A stretch of 64,000 nucleotides of DNA, from NCBI GenBank assembly GCA_964500125.1, contig CAZCMV010000004.1:7010-71009 (forward strand), written 5' to 3'. Shown here piece after piece: positions 60,857 through 64,000 of the stretch. Position 1 is the stretch's first letter. Every line of letters starts with the position of its first letter. The translations under genes were made by a program, and so were the position numbers. The stretch comes from an uncultured Bdellovibrionales bacterium. GTDB lineage: Bacteria > Patescibacteriota > Minisyncoccia > Moranbacterales > GWC2-37-73. Below the pieces are notes generated by a model. That model was not told the origin of the DNA, ran no database searches, and was given only the letters and a program-made list of their open reading frames with translations.

Positions 60857-63652
60857 CTATAGATATTTTGCGGTCCAACTCTTCTTGTTTTTCTTCAATT
60901 TATCGGGCGTACCCTCGTAAACAAGCTTTCCGCCATTGCTTCCGCCATCCGGACCGAGTTCAATCACCCAATCAGCTTCACTAATCACATCGAGATTGTG
61001 TTCGACCACCAGTACAGTATTTCCTTTGTCCACCAAGGCGTTAAGTACACCAAGAAGTTTTTTAGTATCTTCAAAATGTAATCCCGCTGTCGGTTCATCT
61101 AAAATATACAAAGTGTTTCCCGTGGATTTGCGTGCCAATTCCGTGGCCAATTTTATGCGCTGCGCTTCACCACCAGAAAGATTAGTTGCACTTTGACCTA
61201 GCTTCAAGTATCCCAAGCCAACATCCTCCATTGTCTTGAGTTTTTCCGCAATCAAAGGATGCTTGGCAAAAAATCTGAGTGCAAAACGCACGTCCATATC
61301 CAAAATTTGAGCCACATTAAATCCTTTATATTCAATTTCCAAAGTTTTTTTACTGTAGCGCGTGCCGTCACATGCTTCGCATTTAACGTACACGTCCGGC
61401 AAAAGGTGCATTTCAATTTTTTTATATCCTTCTCCCTGACAAATTTCACAGCGTCCGCCTTTCATATTGAAACTGAAACGACTTGCAGTGTAGCCGCGAT
61501 TTTTTGATTCCTCTTCTTGTGCAAACAGTTCACGAATATGAGAAAATACACCAGTATAAGTTGCCGCATTTGAGCGCGGGGTACGTCCAATTGGTGATTG
61601 GTCGATACTGATTACTTTATCAATATGCTGCAAACCTGATATTTTTTTGTGAGCCCCTGGCAATTCACGCGCATTGAAAAAATGTCGCGATAACGCTTTG
61701 GCCAAAATGTCATTAACCAAAGTAGATTTGCCGCTACCAGAAACTCCGCAAATGGACACGAATTTTTTGAGAGGGATTTTTACATCCACATTCTTAAGAT
61801 TGTGTTCACTTGCCCCAATTATTTCAATATGTTTTCCATTGCCTTTGCGATATTTAACTTTTTCGGAGACTTTTTTCTTGCCAGTCATATATTGTGCCGT
61901 CAAACCCTTACTCTTGAGTAATTTAGGCACATTACCCTCAAACACCACGATCCCTCCTTCACTTCCTGCACCAGGTCCCATATCAATCACCCAATCAGCG
62001 GCAGAAATAATACTTTCGTCATGTTCGACCACAATCAAAGAATTACCAAGATCTTGTAATTTTCGTAGTGTAGCAACCAATTTTTCCGTATCTCTGCTAT
62101 GCAAACCGACTGACGGTTCATCTAAAACATAAACAATACCCATAAGTTGCGAGTTGAGCTGCGCAGCCAAACGAATACGCTGAGCCTCTCCACCAGAAAT
62201 AGTCTGCGCGCTTCTGCCTAAATTCAAATATTCCAAGCCTACATTTTCCAAAGCTTCCAAACGCTGATTAATCTCTTTAATGAGAGGATTCACTATTGAA
62301 ACATCTGCCGCACTTTCTTTCCAATTTTTGCTATCACATAGAAATTCTTTGAGCTGCGTAATTCCCATATTTACAATGTCATCAATATTCTTGTCATTAA
62401 TACGCACAGACAAATATTGCGGCTTTAGTCTTTTGCCATTGCAAGAAGGACAAACATGAAAAGTCATATATTTCTCAATTTCCGCCCGCATATATTCCGA
62501 CTTGGTTTCTTGATATTTTTTCTCCAACTCGCCAACAACTCCATGGAAATCGCTTTTGCCATTCACATTACCAAAAAGTATCACGTCTATTTGTTTTTTG
62601 GTCAGCTTCTTTACGGGTTCATCCAAGGAAAATTTATATTCTTTAGCGAGTGTTTTAAGCGCCAATAAATGAACACTGTTACTGGAAATTTTTCCTCCCG
62701 ACTTGCTCCATGGCTGAATCGCCCCTTCCATCAAAGATAAATTTTTATTGGGAATAATTAACTCGGGGTTAACTTTTAGACTATATCCCAAGCCACTGCA
62801 TTTTTCACAAGCTCCTTCCGGACTATTGAATGAAAAATGTCTCGGCGTAACCTCGCGAACTTTTATACCACAATCTCCACAAAAAAAATCTTGGTTATAT
62901 GAGCGCTTTTCATTCCCATCAATCAAAATACTCATTGCCCCACTGCCTAGTTTCATTGCCGTTTCAATTGAATCCAAAAGCCTTTCATGATCTTGTTTTT
63001 TTTGGTCAAAAATAATCCGATCAATTACCACTTCCACTTCCGCATCCACATGTTCCCTGATATGTTCCGCTGCTTCGGCAACTGCAATAATTTTGCCACC
63101 CACGCATACGCGCGCATAGCCTGATTGTTGAACCAAAGAAAGTGCTGATTGCGCATCCGCATTTTTGTCACGCGGTTTGGCCAAGATAGCCACATGCGTA
63201 TGGTGCGGCAAAGCGCATATTTCCTCAAGTATTTCGCGATTATTTCTCCTCTGCATAGATGCGCCACACTTTGGACAGTACAAAACCCCAATTTTAGCAA
63301 AAAGAATACGGATATAATCGTACACTTCCGTAAGTGTGCCAACTGTTGAACGCGGCGAACGTGTCACGCTTTTTTGATCAATAGAGATCGGCGGGCTCAA
63401 ATTTTCAATTCTGTCCACATCCGGTTTCACCGAAGGATCCAGAAAATTGCGCGCATAAGAAGAAAGGCCTTCCATATAGCGACGATTTCCTTCGGCATAT
63501 ACTGTATCAAAAGCCAAAGATGATTTGCCGCTACCAGAAAGACCGGTGATCACAACAAATTTGTTGCGAGGAATTGTCACATTGATATTTTTGAGATTAT
63601 TCACCCGCGCACCCTTGATTATAATGTCATTTTGTGAGGAAGACTTTGCCAT
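60857..63652 (-). CDS. uvrA: Excinuclease ABC subunit A
   Basis: Two ABC modules ([13 protein letters not shown]; [13 protein letters not shown]; LSGGEAQRI x2) and Zn-finger cysteines. Start placed at [20 protein letters not shown] rather than the track's longer start. Confidence 0.95.
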   Translation of the reverse strand: MAKSSSQNDIIIKGARVNNLKNINVTIPRNKFVVITGLSGSGKSSLAFDTVYAEGNRRYMEGLSSYARNFLDPSVKPDVDRIENLSPPISIDQKSVTRSPRSTVGTLTEVYDYIRILFAKIGVLYCPKCGASMQRRNNREILEEICALPHHTHVAILAKPRDKNADAQSALSLVQQSGYARVCVGGKIIAVAEAAEHIREHVDAEVEVVIDRIIFDQKKQDHERLLDSIETAMKLGSGAMSILIDGNEKRSYNQDFFCGDCGIKVREVTPRHFSFNSPEGACEKCSGLGYSLKVNPELIIPNKNLSLMEGAIQPWSKSGGKISSNSVHLLALKTLAKEYKFSLDEPVKKLTKKQIDVILFGNVNGKSDFHGVVGELEKKYQETKSEYMRAEIEKYMTFHVCPSCNGKRLKPQYLSVRINDKNIDDIVNMGITQLKEFLCDSKNWKESAADVSIVNPLIKEINQRLEALENVGLEYLNLGRSAQTISGGEAQRIRLAAQLNSQLMGIVYVLDEPSVGLHSRDTEKLVATLRKLQDLGNSLIVVEHDESIISAADWVIDMGPGAGSEGGIVVFEGNVPKLLKSKGLTAQYMTGKKKVSEKVKYRKGNGKHIEIIGASEHNLKNVDVKIPLKKFVSICGVSGSGKSTLVNDILAKALSRHFFNARELPGAHKKISGLQHIDKVISIDQSPIGRTPRSNAATYTGVFSHIRELFAQEEESKNRGYTASRFSFNMKGGRCEICQGEGYKKIEMHLLPDVYVKCEACDGTRYSKKTLEIEYKGFNVAQILDMDVRFALRFFAKHPLIAEKLKTMEDVGLGYLKLGQSATNLSGGEAQRIKLATELARKSTGNTLYILDEPTAGLHFEDTKKLLGVLNALVDKGNTVLVVEHNLDVISEADWVIELGPDGGSNGGKLVYEGTPDKLKKNKKSWTAKYL

Positions 63653-63835
63653 GTAACATGAATCATGAAACATGCAACATTTGCTTTTATGCATTCTGTT
63701 ACATGCTACATGTTGTATGCTTTATGATATTCGCTAAGTACACATGATAGCAGTAAAAACGAGATATGTAAATAGACTCCTACAAAATAAAACGCCCCGT
63801 TTTTCAGGAGCGTTTTTAGCTAAGTTGTTAATCCC

Positions 63836-64000
63836 CTAATACCCCCATTTCATATTCACCTCTTTGCCTTCCGCAACATTTGAATCATGTTTTTCTTTTT
63901 CATGTCCTGACACAGCCTGGGTATATTCTTTTATAATTTTGCGTTTAGTGTCTAAATCCAAAGCTTTATTATTAATAGCCGGGCCACCGATGCAACCACC
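63836..64000 (-). CDS. C-terminal 54 codons of an unidentified protein (gene continues beyond the window end)
   Basis: This is the only open frame on the minus strand there: ...GGCIGGPAINNKALDLDTKRKIIKEYTQAVSGHEKEKHDSNVAEGKEVNMKWGY*. Confidence 0.3.
   Translation of the reverse strand, partial: GGCIGGPAINNKALDLDTKRKIIKEYTQAVSGHEKEKHDSNVAEGKEVNMKWGY

Overview
This is a low-GC (~35%) fragment that looks like a reduced Patescibacteria/CPR-type genome using the standard genetic code. Almost every gene is on the minus strand.

Core content:
- A complete F1Fo ATP-synthase operon in the order atpI-like, B, E, F, H, A, G, D, C (5.6-13.8 kb), with a consensus sigma70 promoter.
- Four aminoacyl-tRNA synthetases: MetRS, LeuRS, IleRS and ArgRS.
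- RNA-modification enzymes: Elp3-like radical-SAM/GNAT, Tgt, RlmN and RsmI.
- Envelope genes: FtsW, UppP, PAP2, a PcsB-like lytic transglycosylase, a GT4 glycosyltransferase and a CAP-domain protein.
- Repair genes: UvrA and RecO.
- A partial ParA and one tRNA-Leu(CAA).
- A 2481-aa LamG/FN3-rich surface protein sitting upstream of an ABC exporter pair.

Features that stand out:
1. IleRS carries an in-frame ~200-aa histidine-phosphatase (PGAM-like, RHG...SHG) domain inserted between its conserved motifs, and is preceded by a T-box leader (GGTGGTACC) with an intrinsic terminator.
2. Every intercistronic spacer of the atp operon is unusually long (90-200 bp) and filled with a palindromic AAATCCTAATGTCAAA / TTTGACATTAGGATTT repeat family. 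Pieces of that family also occur inside coding genes (tgt, rlmN, argS, elp3) as in-frame low-complexity insertions.
3. Two MITE-like elements share TGTCATTCTGAGC terminal inverted repeats.
4. tRNA-Leu is followed by a degenerate copy of its own 3' half and a GC-rich two-gene cassette, which may be an island remnant.
5. A four-helix-bundle (23S-IVS-protein family) gene carries an in-frame TAA.
6. A small plus-strand membrane-protein gene with a near-perfect sigma70 promoter sits antisense inside the atp operon.

No rRNA genes or CRISPR arrays were seen. All calls come from reading the sequence and recognising motifs by eye; no searches were run.
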